Shown here: positions 31,590 to 32,000 of the stretch, piece by piece | How positions within the stretch are numbered: the first letter of the stretch is position 1 | Layout of the letters: each line of letters starts with the position of its first letter | NCBI GenBank assembly: GCA_031316235.1 | Contig: JALDRA010000001.1 | Coordinates: 3,450,001 to 3,482,000 of the forward strand | Direction of reading: 5' to 3' | Origin: Candidatus Scalindua sp. | GTDB lineage: Bacteria; Planctomycetota; Brocadiia; Brocadiales; Scalinduaceae | DNA length: 32,000 bases | Position numbers and translations under genes: made by a program | Notes under the pieces: model-generated | Told to the model about the DNA's origin: nothing | What the model saw: the letters and a program-made list of their open reading frames with translations, nothing else | Databases searched by the model: none

Positions 31590-32000
31590 TGGAGAAGAGA
31601 CATGGTATGGGATTTTTTGAGCGTTATCTGACTATCTGGGTAGGTCTGTGCATCGCGGTTGGTATCATAATAGATAAAATTGTGCCGAATTTTGCAAAAA
31701 CGCTTGATGGACTGAATATTGATGTTAATGGTGCACCTGTTGTTTCTATTCCCATTGCTGTCTGTCTCTTTTTCATGATGTACCCTATTATGGTCAAGAT
31801 TGATTTTGCCGGGGTGGTAAAGGCAGGGAAGGGAATTAAACCCGTGGGGTTGACGCTGTTTGTCAATTGGGCAATTAAACCTTTTACCATGTACGCGATA
31901 GCCTACGCGTTTCTCGGCCTCTTATTCCGTCAGTTTATTGGACCGGATGCACTGGATTATATCAAAATACCCTTTGGACTTGATCTGCCGTTAGGGGGAG
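31586..32000 (+). CDS. acr3: ACR3-family arsenite efflux permease (3' end outside window; not in ORF track)
   Basis: My translation from ATG 31586 reads [31 protein letters not shown]...[21 protein letters not shown]...[19 protein letters not shown]. It is open to the window edge, and its FFERYLT.WV, MMYP..K.DF and VNW.IKPF blocks are characteristic of ACR3. Confidence 0.88.
   Translation, partial: MMEKRHGMGFFERYLTIWVGLCIAVGIIIDKIVPNFAKTLDGLNIDVNGAPVVSIPIAVCLFFMMYPIMVKIDFAGVVKAGKGIKPVGLTLFVNWAIKPFTMYAIAYAFLGLLFRQFIGPDALDYIKIPFGLDLPLGG

Noticed and set aside
1-32000. Search for tRNA, rRNA, riboswitch or T-box leaders
   Set aside because: I saw no T-loop/acceptor-type sequences, no rRNA-like conserved blocks and no recognisable riboswitch cores in the intergenic regions. 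A covariance-model scan would be needed to be definitive.

Overview
This is a moderately AT-rich bacterial chromosomal window. An ammonium-transporter/histidine-kinase fusion resembles the one described in Ca. Kuenenia, so an anammox-type planctomycete is my best guess for the source; this is inference, not proof.

Gene content, left to right:
- A split histidine cluster: hisD (5' partial), hisC, hisB, an inserted 8-blade propeller gene, then a eukaryote-type hisA.
- A DUF2180 zinc-ribbon gene and a GH15 glycoside hydrolase.
- Three minus-strand signalling cassettes that look like shuffled versions of each other: DUF3365 heme protein + Cache/HAMP kinase + receiver; Amt-kinase fusion + receiver; and a second DUF3365 + kinase + receiver.
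- A 2210-bp ISKra4-like insertion sequence with 27-bp inverted repeats and an 8-bp target duplication. It carries a Dam-class methyltransferase as a passenger.
- A PAS kinase / sigma-54 activator pair.
- A flavodiiron protein, a SulP transporter, a PilZ protein and a small ferredoxin.
- The start of an ars operon: arsR, a truncated arsC, and acr3 running off the 3' edge.

The most striking non-genic signal is a family of modular, hairpin-rich elements of about 83-141 bp with TATACT...AGTATA ends. It is present nine times and sits outside every supported coding region (only two ORF-track calls that I reject as spurious read through copies), in roughly half of the intergenic gaps. Copies carry nested insertions, hairpin deletions and one compensatory stem change. 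A separate 145-bp nested palindrome lies directly next to one copy. I found no rRNA, tRNA, CRISPR array or convincing sigma-54 promoter.
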